Translations under genes and position numbers: made by a program
In this document: piece by piece, positions 9,553 through 17,983 of the stretch
How the letters are laid out: every line of letters starts with the position of its first letter
How positions within the stretch are numbered: the stretch's first letter is position 1
Virus record (IMG/VR): IMGVR_UViG_3300030330_006571
Coordinates: 1 to 52,064 of that record
Length of the DNA: 52,064 bases
Direction: 5' to 3' (one strand)
DNA from: a virus
Lineage: Duplodnaviria > Caudoviricetes
Notes under the pieces: model-generated
What the model was told of the DNA's origin: nothing
The model's database searches: none
What the model saw: only the letters and a program-made list of their open reading frames with translations

Positions 9553-10582
9553 ATAAACCAAGAGTGTATTTTATTATCTCTTTTTTATTCTTAATTTCAA
9601 GGAGATTTACAAACTCTTCTATAGCTTGAGGTATGTCAATACCTGACAAATCTTCTTTATTTTCTGTATCGTCAAGTAGACGGTTAAAATTTATATCGTA
9701 ATCAACAGTTAATACTTCAGGTTTAAGTAGCGTTAATTTTTTAAGTAATACATCCATATCAGCTTGCGATATATTCATATCAACTTTTAAGCGAGCAATA
9801 TTACCAGCAAATAAATCTACAATTGAATTAGTAATATTACCTTCACGTACTAATTCACTGAGAGATATCTTTTTATAGTTTGGAGATATATTATTAGGTG
9901 TAAAATTATATTCTAAAGTATCTAAATCCAATATATAGTAGCCTTTTTGATTATTTGTATCACCGAAATCCATTTGAAACGGGTTACCTACATACAGAAT
10001 TGTACCTTTACCAAACTTCTTTTCATGTCTAGTATGAAAATGACCTGATATAACTAACGAACTCTTTTTAAGTAAATCTTTCACCTTAAGTCCCTCTTCA
10101 CAAACTTTATAAGAATTCATCTTAAAAGTCTCTATCTCAAAATGACCGAAGATAATATCACTTTCCGGTACTTCTTTAATGTTTGTATTCCATGGACAGA
10201 AGGTAATCGTACGATCGAAAGCTTCAATCGTATCATATGTGTCTAAAATTGTTACGTTTTTTCTCTTTTTGAAAATAGATAACGAATTAACGTCAGTTCT
10301 ATGTTTATAGTAAATATCATGGTTACCAGTAATAGCGATAATATTGAAATCACACAATATATCTAAAATATCTGCAGATATTTGCAGAGTATTAACTGAT
10401 ATCTCACTTCTGTTATGATGCCAATCACCACAAAAGATTAAATCTTTGATATTTTTTCGTTTACACTCTTCTTTAAACCAATGAGCCCATTCTACCGCAT
10501 AATTATGCCAGTCAGAACTGTTCGAATGGACGCCTAGATGAAGATCTGAAAAAATAGCAACTCTAGGCTTATTAATCTTCAA
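9533..10582 (-). CDS. gp47: Recombination endonuclease nuclease subunit (gp47/SbcD/Mre11-like)
   Basis: Metallophosphoesterase motifs SDLHLG, GD, GNHD, GHF, SGHFH, YVGNP; adjacent to gp46. Confidence 0.94.
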   Translation of the reverse strand: MKINKPRVAIFSDLHLGVHSNSSDWHNYAVEWAHWFKEECKRKNIKDLIFCGDWHHNRSEISVNTLQISADILDILCDFNIIAITGNHDIYYKHRTDVNSLSIFKKRKNVTILDTYDTIEAFDRTITFCPWNTNIKEVPESDIIFGHFEIETFKMNSYKVCEEGLKVKDLLKKSSLVISGHFHTRHEKKFGKGTILYVGNPFQMDFGDTNNQKGYYILDLDTLEYNFTPNNISPNYKKISLSELVREGNITNSIVDLFAGNIARLKVDMNISQADMDVLLKKLTLLKPEVLTVDYDINFNRLLDDTENKEDLSGIDIPQAIEEFVNLLEIKNKKEIIKYTLGLYEKSKL

Positions 10583-11012
10583 AAGAATTTTCCTCGTCAG
10601 GTGGTTTTACGTACACGTGTCCGTGTGTATTTTCAGGGTTAGACATAAAATCTTCATATACACGCTCTTTATACTTTGTAACCGCTTCGTGGTGTTTTTT
10701 CTCCTTTTTAATACGGTTTATAAACGCGTGATATGCTATTGTTGTAAAGTATGAAAACGGATTAGTTGCTTTCTCGAAGTTAAACTTCTTATGTTTTAAA
10801 GCTGAATACATTTTAATAAGAGCATCACCAATCATATCGTCTTTATAAGTATAATTGATAAATGATGCATTGTAACTTAACCCATAAGCAATTTTTTTAA
10901 TGTTTTCTGCTAAGTCGTCAGTAAGAATATCTGTATCATAGTACTTTTGTAACGACGCTTTAAAGACTTTGGGTTCTATATAATATGGTTTCTTTTCTTT
11001 TTTTTCGGCCAT
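10572..11012 (-). CDS. gp55: Late-transcription sigma factor (gp55-like)
   Basis: FINYTYKDDMIGDA, NPFSYFTTIAYHAFINRIKKEKK; upstream of gp47 as in T4. Confidence 0.9.
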   Translation of the reverse strand: MAEKKEKKPYYIEPKVFKASLQKYYDTDILTDDLAENIKKIAYGLSYNASFINYTYKDDMIGDALIKMYSALKHKKFNFEKATNPFSYFTTIAYHAFINRIKKEKKHHEAVTKYKERVYEDFMSNPENTHGHVYVKPPDEENSFED

Positions 11013-11019
11013 TTGTAAA

Positions 11020-11047
11020 ATTATAGTATAAGTTTAAGATTTTTCAA
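11020..11047 (-). promoter_or_regulatory. Sigma70-like promoter for gp55-gp47-gp46
   Basis: Minus strand TTGAAA-N16-TATAAT-N7-ATG. Confidence 0.6.
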
Positions 11048-12470
11048 CGATATTAGTGTCGGTATACTTTATTTTCTCTCTGTCATAAATCTCTTTACGT
11101 TTTTCACAATGTCTTATACCGTATCTCAATCGATCGCATATGTCGAATATAATAAGCTTGTTTTTTGAAGCATGTTTACGAAGTCCTCTACCAATTGACT
11201 GAACCGTTCGTATAAAAGACTTACCTCCCGATGCGAAAATGATGTTATGGAGATTTTTAATGTTAACACCTGTCGAAAATATGGCACTAATAGCTACACA
11301 CACCACATTAGCGTCTTTTTCCATGATTTTCTTAATTTTGTCACGTTCTTCCACTTCAACCTCACCTCTAATAAAGTATACCTGTTTATTTTTAAGAGTA
11401 GTAAGGTAATCCATCAATAATTCACCGTGTTTTATGTGATTAACCAGTATTAATGTGTTGTTTTCAAGCTTTTCACATAGTTTCGTTAAAAACTCATTTC
11501 TAAACGAGCTTTCATATAAAAAATCCAACTCTTCCCTGTAGGCATTGTCAGAAAGGTATCTCGGAGGTGTATTATACTCAAGATTTAACACCTTTACATT
11601 AACATTCGCCAAATAATCCTCTAATCTTAACTCATAACTCGTTTTTTCATATATTACAGGTCCCAATTTACCTATGATCGACCATTTATCTAAGTTATTC
11701 TCCGGAAGTGTACCAGTAAACCCGTATTTGTTGTGGGTTGTAATCTTAGATACTATTTTGCTAATCTTGTTCGACGCTTTAATCTTGTGACACTCATCAA
11801 CTATGAGTAAATCCACATACTTTAACCAATCATTCGTATCAAACTGACTTTGAACTATGCCGATATTACATATAACAACGTTAGCTGTTAGATCTGGCTT
11901 AGTTTTACCCGTCCACTTAGTAAGTTTAAAGGTAGTCCCGCTACTCATAAATTCATCATACGTTTGAGTTACAAGACCTAAATCAGGAACCAAAACAACA
12001 CACTTAAAAGTGTCTTTGTCTGGACTTGATCTAAAGTAATTCTCAATAAGAGCAGCAGTTGTAAGTGTTTTACCTGCACCGGTACCTAAAACACATGTAC
12101 CTCTACCAAGTTTTAGTGCTCTTTTAATAACATCCTCTTGATATTCCCTTAGAGTTAAGGTGAAATCTTTATAAATGTCAATATCTCTACCGACTTTAAG
12201 TATTTTTTGTAGTTTATCAGTAACTTCAATATCGATTTTAATCTGATTGTTTATAAGATACTGTCGAATCTCCCAATATAATCCTACTTCACATGCTCCA
12301 GTGCCTGTTATTGCATATTTACGTCGAGCCGCAAATTGTCCTCTATATCTAGCAAATCTAGCACCTTCATTTTCAACACTAAAATGCTCTCTAATCCGGT
12401 CAAATAGGTCTGCGTCGTCAGTTTTTAACTGAATTTTTCTCTTTCCAGGACTGTAATCGAAAGTAAGCAT
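11034..12470 (-). CDS. uvsW: SF2 DNA helicase UvsW
   Basis: LREYQ, GTGAGKT, DECH, GFTGT, STGVNI, QSIGRGLR. Confidence 0.93.
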   Translation of the reverse strand: MLTFDYSPGKRKIQLKTDDADLFDRIREHFSVENEGARFARYRGQFAARRKYAITGTGACEVGLYWEIRQYLINNQIKIDIEVTDKLQKILKVGRDIDIYKDFTLTLREYQEDVIKRALKLGRGTCVLGTGAGKTLTTAALIENYFRSSPDKDTFKCVVLVPDLGLVTQTYDEFMSSGTTFKLTKWTGKTKPDLTANVVICNIGIVQSQFDTNDWLKYVDLLIVDECHKIKASNKISKIVSKITTHNKYGFTGTLPENNLDKWSIIGKLGPVIYEKTSYELRLEDYLANVNVKVLNLEYNTPPRYLSDNAYREELDFLYESSFRNEFLTKLCEKLENNTLILVNHIKHGELLMDYLTTLKNKQVYFIRGEVEVEERDKIKKIMEKDANVVCVAISAIFSTGVNIKNLHNIIFASGGKSFIRTVQSIGRGLRKHASKNKLIIFDICDRLRYGIRHCEKRKEIYDREKIKYTDTNIVEKS

Positions 12471-12865
12471 TAAAGTTGCTCCATCTTATTAATATCGATA
12501 ATGTTTTTTATTTCCCAATGCATTTGACCCATTATCTTTTCAACCTTTTCCAGATATTCAATAATAGCATCTTGTTCTGAAATGGATTCATTTAATTTAC
12601 TAATCGATTCGTGCCGCTCAGCTGCTGATTCTGCTGCTGATTGACTAATTCTCACCGGAGAATCAGATATAACCTTTTTAACTACTTCTTTCTTAAGCTG
12701 CTTTTTTTCTCTAAACAGTGTATTACGTTTAATTTTTGTTTCTATTAAGCGCGCTACCCAAAAGTGTTTACGTGCAGGTAGCCTCATTTGCGATTCTTTA
12801 ATGTTAAAATCATCTAATTGAAGATCTTTGGTAATCTCTTCAATATACTTTTTTAGCAATTCCAT
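12470..12865 (-). CDS. uvsY: Recombination mediator UvsY-like
   Basis: Helical 131-aa protein (DLQLD...WEIKNIID) directly upstream of uvsW. Confidence 0.78.
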   Translation of the reverse strand: MELLKKYIEEITKDLQLDDFNIKESQMRLPARKHFWVARLIETKIKRNTLFREKKQLKKEVVKKVISDSPVRISQSAAESAAERHESISKLNESISEQDAIIEYLEKVEKIMGQMHWEIKNIIDINKMEQL

Positions 12866-12871
12866 CTATAT

Positions 12872-12881
12872 ATTATAAATA
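12872..12881. promoter_or_regulatory. Overlapping divergent promoters: late TATAAATA (+) and TATAAT (-)
   Basis: TATAAATA at 12874-12881, 8 nt before ATG 12890; TATAAT on minus strand at 12872-12877, 6 nt before the uvsY ATG. Confidence 0.62.
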
Positions 12882-12889
12882 TAAGTAGT

Positions 12890-13888
12890 ATGGAATCAAC
12901 CGGCAAATTTGAGAAGAGGTTTTTAAAACTACTAGAAAATATGACTGCAGGAGCTGGACCTGATGGCGCGTTTGGAGATGGACCAACTATGCATACAGTT
13001 TATGGTCCAAATGCTGCTGCTCAAAATATTAGCTCTAGTGATACAATTGGAACTGGTGATGCTAAAATTTACACACCGCTTGGAAAAGTTCAAACACGTA
13101 AGGGTACTGCAGGGAGTGGTAAAAAAAGAAGAAAAAAAAATAAGAAAAAGAATAAAGGGGTAAATTTTGCTACAGGTGAAGAGAATGAGGAGGTTGTTGC
13201 AGAACAAAATTGGTTAGCTAACCCCCGGGCAAGAAAACCATCAGGTTTAGCAGCTGGAGGTGGTTTTGGAGGTGGTGGTGGCGGTGGTGGTCGAAGCCCA
13301 GGCTATTCTCGTAGTTATATATCCCCCAGAAGGAAACCATTAGGCAAAGTAAAGCCTAAAGCAACGGTTCCATTAAATCCAGCTAGTGCAAAAGCACCGG
13401 CTCCGAAGCCTAAAGCAACGGTTCCATTAAATCCAGCTAGTGCAAAAGCACCAAACGCAAAAAAGCCTGGTATTTTTAAAAGATGGGTTACTGACCCAAC
13501 AAAAAAAATAATAAAAGACCCAAAGCGTTTGGTTTATAACCCTGATGCTAAACCCGGTGCTATACTTAAACGTACACCGGGTGGAGGAAAACTTGCTGCA
13601 AAGCTCTTAAAGACGCCGGCTGCTTTTGTTGCTGCTGATCGTGCAGTTGACGCGATTATACCGGATGGGGAAAAAGAGATACCGTCGCCGACTAAAGGCA
13701 TAAAGAATGTCGCTGAACTGGCAATAGACGCTATACCATCAAGTAATGAAGAAGATGCTGAAAAGAAAAAGAAAGCTGATAGATGTAAGCGCAGAGCAGA
13801 CTCTGTTTATGGTAAAAAGACTTCAGCTTACAAGTCAGGTGCTATTGTAAGATGTAGACAAGGTAAAATCTGGAAGAAAAAGAAATGA
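12890..13888 (+). CDS. Lys/Gly/Pro-rich modular protein, putative internal head protein
   Basis: N-terminus KFEKRFLKLLE; basic modules separated by acidic linkers EENEEVVAE and NEEDAE; late promoter upstream. Confidence 0.7.
   Translation: MESTGKFEKRFLKLLENMTAGAGPDGAFGDGPTMHTVYGPNAAAQNISSSDTIGTGDAKIYTPLGKVQTRKGTAGSGKKRRKKNKKKNKGVNFATGEENEEVVAEQNWLANPRARKPSGLAAGGGFGGGGGGGGRSPGYSRSYISPRRKPLGKVKPKATVPLNPASAKAPAPKPKATVPLNPASAKAPNAKKPGIFKRWVTDPTKKIIKDPKRLVYNPDAKPGAILKRTPGGGKLAAKLLKTPAAFVAADRAVDAIIPDGEKEIPSPTKGIKNVAELAIDAIPSSNEEDAEKKKKADRCKRRADSVYGKKTSAYKSGAIVRCRQGKIWKKKK
13352..13452 (+). repeat. Perfect 47-bp direct repeat, 54-bp period
   Basis: AAGCCTAAAGCAACGGTTCCATTAAATCCAGCTAGTGCAAAAGCACC at 13352-13398 and 13406-13452, encoding KPKATVPLNPASAKAP twice. 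Confidence 0.95.
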
Positions 13889-14307
13889 GTATGTCCCAAA
13901 GAGAAGTTCTCGAAGCTAGTGACTCGTTACGTCAGTGGTTTGATAGAGGGGGTACCGATCCTAAGACTGGTAAGAAGTTTAAAGGGTGGGTAAATTGTAA
14001 GACTGGCGGTCCTTGCGGTCGTAAATCTAAAAAATCCGGTGGTAGTTACCCAGCTTGTCGACCAACTAAGGCGGCTTGTAAGAGTATTAAGGGTAAGATG
14101 TATAAGAAGAAGGGACCGAAGCGTGTTAACTGGAAGAAAAAAAGTGAAAATGCTGAAGATGTACACAAGCCTGTTAAGCCTGGCATCCTAAAGAAGAGAT
14201 TAGGTAAGCTGTCTTGCAGTAAAGTAAGAGGAGCAAGGGGTAAGTTAAAGGATAAAGGCACACATTATGCAAAAGCACTACAGCGTTATTTAAATTATCA
14301 CTGTTAG
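13885..14307 (+). CDS. Small basic Cys-containing protein, putative internal head protein
   Basis: SLRQWF...GWVNCKTGGPCGR...YPACRP module, then SENAE linker and a second basic module; start overlaps upstream stop. Confidence 0.72.
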   Translation: MSMSQREVLEASDSLRQWFDRGGTDPKTGKKFKGWVNCKTGGPCGRKSKKSGGSYPACRPTKAACKSIKGKMYKKKGPKRVNWKKKSENAEDVHKPVKPGILKKRLGKLSCSKVRGARGKLKDKGTHYAKALQRYLNYHC

Positions 14308-14315
14308 TATAAATA
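14308..14315 (+). promoter_or_regulatory. T4-type late promoter TATAAATA
   Basis: Exact consensus, 5 nt before ATG 14321. Confidence 0.7.
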
Positions 14316-14320
14316 TTGTT

Positions 14321-14776
14321 ATGCAATTCGACGAATTAGTAAAGCTTTATCTTGAAAGAAAGTACCCGGCTAAGGCACCAAAAGGAGATTCATTTAAAAA
14401 GGACACTGGTGAGCCGAGTAGAGTTGATTCACGTAAATCCACTACGGATAATTTTGTAAGGACACATAAAAATCCTACTACTACACATGCTAAAAAGTTT
14501 GGTAAAAGAGAAGAGGAAGAATATGATGAGGACGCTGAAAAAGTCGATAAGGATCGTATGAAGTGTAACAGCCCTCGTCGTACTTCAGGTGGTTCTAAGA
14601 AGTTCGTTGTTAAAGCTTGTAAAGATGGTAAAGAAAAGATTGTTCGCTTTGGAGATCCGAATATGAAGATCAAAAAGAGCAATCCTAAGCGTAGAAAGTC
14701 GTTTCGCGCGCGTCATAAGTGTGATCAGAAGAAGGATAAGTTCTCTGCTGGTTACTGGTCATGTAAAAAGTGGTAG
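14321..14776 (+). CDS. Small basic protein, putative internal head protein
   Basis: MQFDELVKLYLE N-terminus; EEEEYDEDAE linker; C-terminal KIVRFGDPNM...RRKSFRARHKC...YWSCKKW module of a type seen in marine phages. Confidence 0.75.
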   Translation: MQFDELVKLYLERKYPAKAPKGDSFKKDTGEPSRVDSRKSTTDNFVRTHKNPTTTHAKKFGKREEEEYDEDAEKVDKDRMKCNSPRRTSGGSKKFVVKACKDGKEKIVRFGDPNMKIKKSNPKRRKSFRARHKCDQKKDKFSAGYWSCKKW

Positions 14777-15168
14777 ATTTAGGTCATTGGGAGGGGGTTC
14801 TAGAAGAAAGTACGGACCTACCTTATGGTTTCATTTATAAGATAACTAATCTTACTAATGACAAGAAGTATATTGGTAAAAAACAGTGTAAATCTATTAG
14901 AAAACGACCTCCGTTAAAGGGTAAGAAAAATAAGAGGCGGGTAGAGATAGAAACAGACTGGAAAACATACACTTCTTCATCAAATCAGCTTAATGAGCAT
15001 ATAAGAATACTCGGAAAGGGTAATTTTAAGTTTGAAATCCTCAGATGGTGTGATTCAAAGTGGGAGTTGAGTTATCATGAAACTAAACTACAATTTGAAG
15101 AGGAAGTATTGTTAAGAGATGACTACTACAACGGAATTATTAACGTCAGAATTGGAAGGCGTAAGTGA
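14770..15168 (+). CDS. GIY-YIG family endonuclease
   Basis: GFIYKITN...KKYIGKK, WKTYTSSS, FKFEIL, YYN; single domain. Confidence 0.82.
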   Translation: MVDLGHWEGVLEESTDLPYGFIYKITNLTNDKKYIGKKQCKSIRKRPPLKGKKNKRRVEIETDWKTYTSSSNQLNEHIRILGKGNFKFEILRWCDSKWELSYHETKLQFEEEVLLRDDYYNGIINVRIGRRK

Positions 15169-15613
15169 TCCAGTACGTGGTTTTGTGTTTATTGATCTTA
15201 ACAAGTGTCTAGCAAGGTCTTTTAATGAATATCTGTTGTATATAACTGAAAACGAGCTTAAATTAACTAGAAAAGACAAAAACAAGCTCGGTATTCACTT
15301 CATAGTTAAGGAGCTTATTAAGGTTTGCTCTAAAAACAAAACTAAAAAGTGGTTTTACTACAAGACTGACGGTAGTTCAATAGAACATACACTAGTTAAG
15401 AGATTGTTTAATGCGCTCCCCACTAATATTACATATAGTGAAGAGAGTTTTAATACGTTTTTAGAAGAAAGGGACTATATGTCCTTTAATAAAAAGGATA
15501 CCTCTACGGTTTCTTTTTATAAGTTTAGGCTTTTTCTTCGAAGATATGAATTACAGCAAATAGAAGAGGAGTTTCTATCAAATATGAATATAAAACTCTC
15601 GCTACTTCCATAA
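15119..15613 (+). CDS. Hypothetical protein (start uncertain)
   Basis: 164-aa ORF filling the gap between co-oriented genes. Confidence 0.62.
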   Translation: MTTTTELLTSELEGVSDPVRGFVFIDLNKCLARSFNEYLLYITENELKLTRKDKNKLGIHFIVKELIKVCSKNKTKKWFYYKTDGSSIEHTLVKRLFNALPTNITYSEESFNTFLEERDYMSFNKKDTSTVSFYKFRLFLRRYELQQIEEEFLSNMNIKLSLLP

Positions 15614-15621
15614 ATATATAC

Positions 15622-15972
15622 ATGCGTAAGTTTCTTAAATTGATACAAGAAAACAAGCCTGGTATTAGCTATATTATTGACATAAAGGACACAGATAATA
15701 ATTTATTAGGTTCAGCTGCAATTCCGGGTCCCACAAACACTTCTTTTTATGAGGAATTTGCCAATTACCTTGAAAATGTACACGGGGCGGAGGTTGTAGG
15801 GGTTAATACTGAGCGTCCTGTTGAGGATCAAGAGGGTCCGGTTGAAGCTATGGCGCAGACAAACCCCGAGGCAGCAGAACTTGTAAAGGATAGAATGGAA
15901 ACTGAGGGCGGAATTTTACAAGCGTACGCTGATGAAACAGCGATGTTAAAACAAATGGCTGCAAAAATGTAA
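15622..15972 (+). CDS. Hypothetical acidic protein, putative internal head protein
   Basis: CATAAATA-N5-ATG; N-terminus MRKFLKLIQE. Confidence 0.72.
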   Translation: MRKFLKLIQENKPGISYIIDIKDTDNNLLGSAAIPGPTNTSFYEEFANYLENVHGAEVVGVNTERPVEDQEGPVEAMAQTNPEAAELVKDRMETEGGILQAYADETAMLKQMAAKM

Positions 15973-16565
15973 TGAAGACTTTAAAATTAATAGAACAATA
16001 TATGAACATGTTTGTCGAACAAGATGTCGACGAAATGGGTGAAATCGGTGAAGTTGACGAGGTTCAAGAGACAGATGTTAATGTTGATGTAGAGGTAGAA
16101 GAGGAACCACCGAGTCCGGCGTTACAATCTATGGCTGAATTAATAGCAGCTGCATTTGTTTACCCTCCGACGGATAAGGATAAAGATGCAATCGAAGAAA
16201 TAGAACTATTATTAGTCGGTACACATAATGAACCACCAGCTACGCCAGATATTAACCCTAGATCTGTAATTAAAAACGTTATTTCAAGGTTACCTATTCA
16301 ATTAAGAACTGTATATGCAAGAGGACCTGGTATTAAAGGTAAGGCAGGGCTTTCCCCGGAAGATGAAATATACTTTGCGCAAATCCTAGCTAATGCATTT
16401 AGATATAGGCCGAAACCTGAAGGCTCAGCAACTGCTAATGCTGTGAGTAAAGAATACTCAGAAACAAATCCAATGAAAGTAATTGAAACAGTACAAAGAT
16501 TGCTACAATTTTCAGATGAAGGTGTTGCAGATGAACTTCAAGATATAAAAATAGATACCGAATAA
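15972..16565 (+). CDS. Hypothetical acidic protein with internal duplication
   Basis: MKTLKLIEQYMNMFVE N-terminus; TAATG coupling with upstream gene. Confidence 0.72.
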   Translation: MKTLKLIEQYMNMFVEQDVDEMGEIGEVDEVQETDVNVDVEVEEEPPSPALQSMAELIAAAFVYPPTDKDKDAIEEIELLLVGTHNEPPATPDINPRSVIKNVISRLPIQLRTVYARGPGIKGKAGLSPEDEIYFAQILANAFRYRPKPEGSATANAVSKEYSETNPMKVIETVQRLLQFSDEGVADELQDIKIDTE

Positions 16566-16569
16566 TATT

Positions 16570-17982
16570 ATGCAGTGGTCATTAGAAAAAATTTATAAGA
16601 ATCAGGTACGTGGAAAGATTCCTCCGCGTAGACATCTTCGTGTGTTAGGTGAGGATGTAGAGGAGCAAACATTACCAGATATAGACAGCCTAAAAGAAGA
16701 GATTAAGCAAGCAGTTGATAGTTTAAGCTTTGACGATACAAGAGAGGCTAAAAAATTACTCGCACAAATCTATAATTTTCCCACATATAAACATGTTAAA
16801 AAGGCGTTAGGTGGTAAGGGGTATAGCCCGTTAATATTTAAACGATTTAGTGCTGATGTTCAGCGGTTAATAGAAGATATACCCCCTGGTAGTAGAGATC
16901 AATTTTTAACATACATACAATCACCAGATGAGACATTAGTATTTCCGACAGAAATACGCGAAGGTAAATTATCTGATTTAATAGGAGATAAATTAGATTA
17001 TAAATTAGTAGATTATATTATGAGACATACAGGTCAAGATGAAGGTGGCCGTGGTGTTGGTATGGGTGAGCTTGCACTTGCTTTAACATTTAAAAACTTA
17101 GGCGCAGGTGGTAGGAAGAAAAAAGATACTGTAGCAGCTGCGCAGAATGCATACGAAAAGGCTGTTGAGGCATTTAAAGCTAATGTTGGACATAAAGGGT
17201 ACGGTAAGGCAACAATTAAGAATAGAATAAAAGATACTAATTTAGATGAATCAGAATATACCAATGAATATACCTATAATGTAGATAAAGCATTTTACGA
17301 TTTAACAATTGCACGTGGTGAAAAAGTAAAAGGTGATCTAGAGTTAAATGGAGAAGAATTTGAAATCAAAGGCGAAGGTGCTACTCTAGGTGCTAGACCA
17401 GACGATATTAGTGATAAACATAAGAGAGATACTGCTAATAGTTTAGCTGCTATGGGTATTCAAGAGAAAAATAACGGGTATTTAGTAGGGGGACGAGAAA
17501 TATCAGGTTTAAATAATCTACCAGTTGCTATATCTACAGCATACAGTATTAGTGAAGACCGTGATGGATTTGAAGAAGTGTTTAAAGACTTTTTAAAGGT
17601 GAGTGGTGAGCTTGGAGCCACTGATAAGTATTACAATGAATTAAACTTCGATCTAAGTAATCCTGCATCTATACAAAATGGAATAGGCTTACTTAATTTT
17701 ATTGAATATGCTGAAAAGGAGCAATTTGAGCATTTTATGGCTCATGATGTTGGCGCAAAAGGCGTAGGATCTGGTCGATATGTTTATGTTAGTGGAAGTC
17801 CGCTTGAAATGGCTAAAAAATTACTAGCATCTTCTGCAAGATTTGAAAAAGTATCTAGATCAAATTTAAGACCGAGAATTGGTTTTGGAGGTAACTATGC
17901 TGGAATGATGCCAACATCAGTTAACGTACAGGAAACTGAAGATATAAGCGAAGTTGAGGAAGAAGAAATAGAATATTACTAA
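16570..17982 (+). CDS. Hypothetical protein with PD-(D/E)XK nuclease-like motifs
   Basis: GRGVGMGELALAL helix plus GDLELNGEEFEIKG (D...E-x-K). Confidence 0.55.
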   Translation: MQWSLEKIYKNQVRGKIPPRRHLRVLGEDVEEQTLPDIDSLKEEIKQAVDSLSFDDTREAKKLLAQIYNFPTYKHVKKALGGKGYSPLIFKRFSADVQRLIEDIPPGSRDQFLTYIQSPDETLVFPTEIREGKLSDLIGDKLDYKLVDYIMRHTGQDEGGRGVGMGELALALTFKNLGAGGRKKKDTVAAAQNAYEKAVEAFKANVGHKGYGKATIKNRIKDTNLDESEYTNEYTYNVDKAFYDLTIARGEKVKGDLELNGEEFEIKGEGATLGARPDDISDKHKRDTANSLAAMGIQEKNNGYLVGGREISGLNNLPVAISTAYSISEDRDGFEEVFKDFLKVSGELGATDKYYNELNFDLSNPASIQNGIGLLNFIEYAEKEQFEHFMAHDVGAKGVGSGRYVYVSGSPLEMAKKLLASSARFEKVSRSNLRPRIGFGGNYAGMMPTSVNVQETEDISEVEEEEIEYY

Positions 17983-17983
17983 A

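Noticed and set aside
13250-13292. GGT/GGC-rich run as a G-quadruplex or DNA repeat element
   Set aside because: Explained by a poly-Gly coding stretch; G-tracts are only two long.
13352-13452. Direct repeat as a mini-CRISPR array or attachment site
   Set aside because: Only two copies with a 7-bp spacer, in frame inside a CDS; no cas or integrase gene nearby.
14770-15168. GIY-YIG gene as a mobile homing endonuclease
   Set aside because: Single catalytic domain with no DNA-binding extension and no interrupted host gene; mobility cannot be supported.
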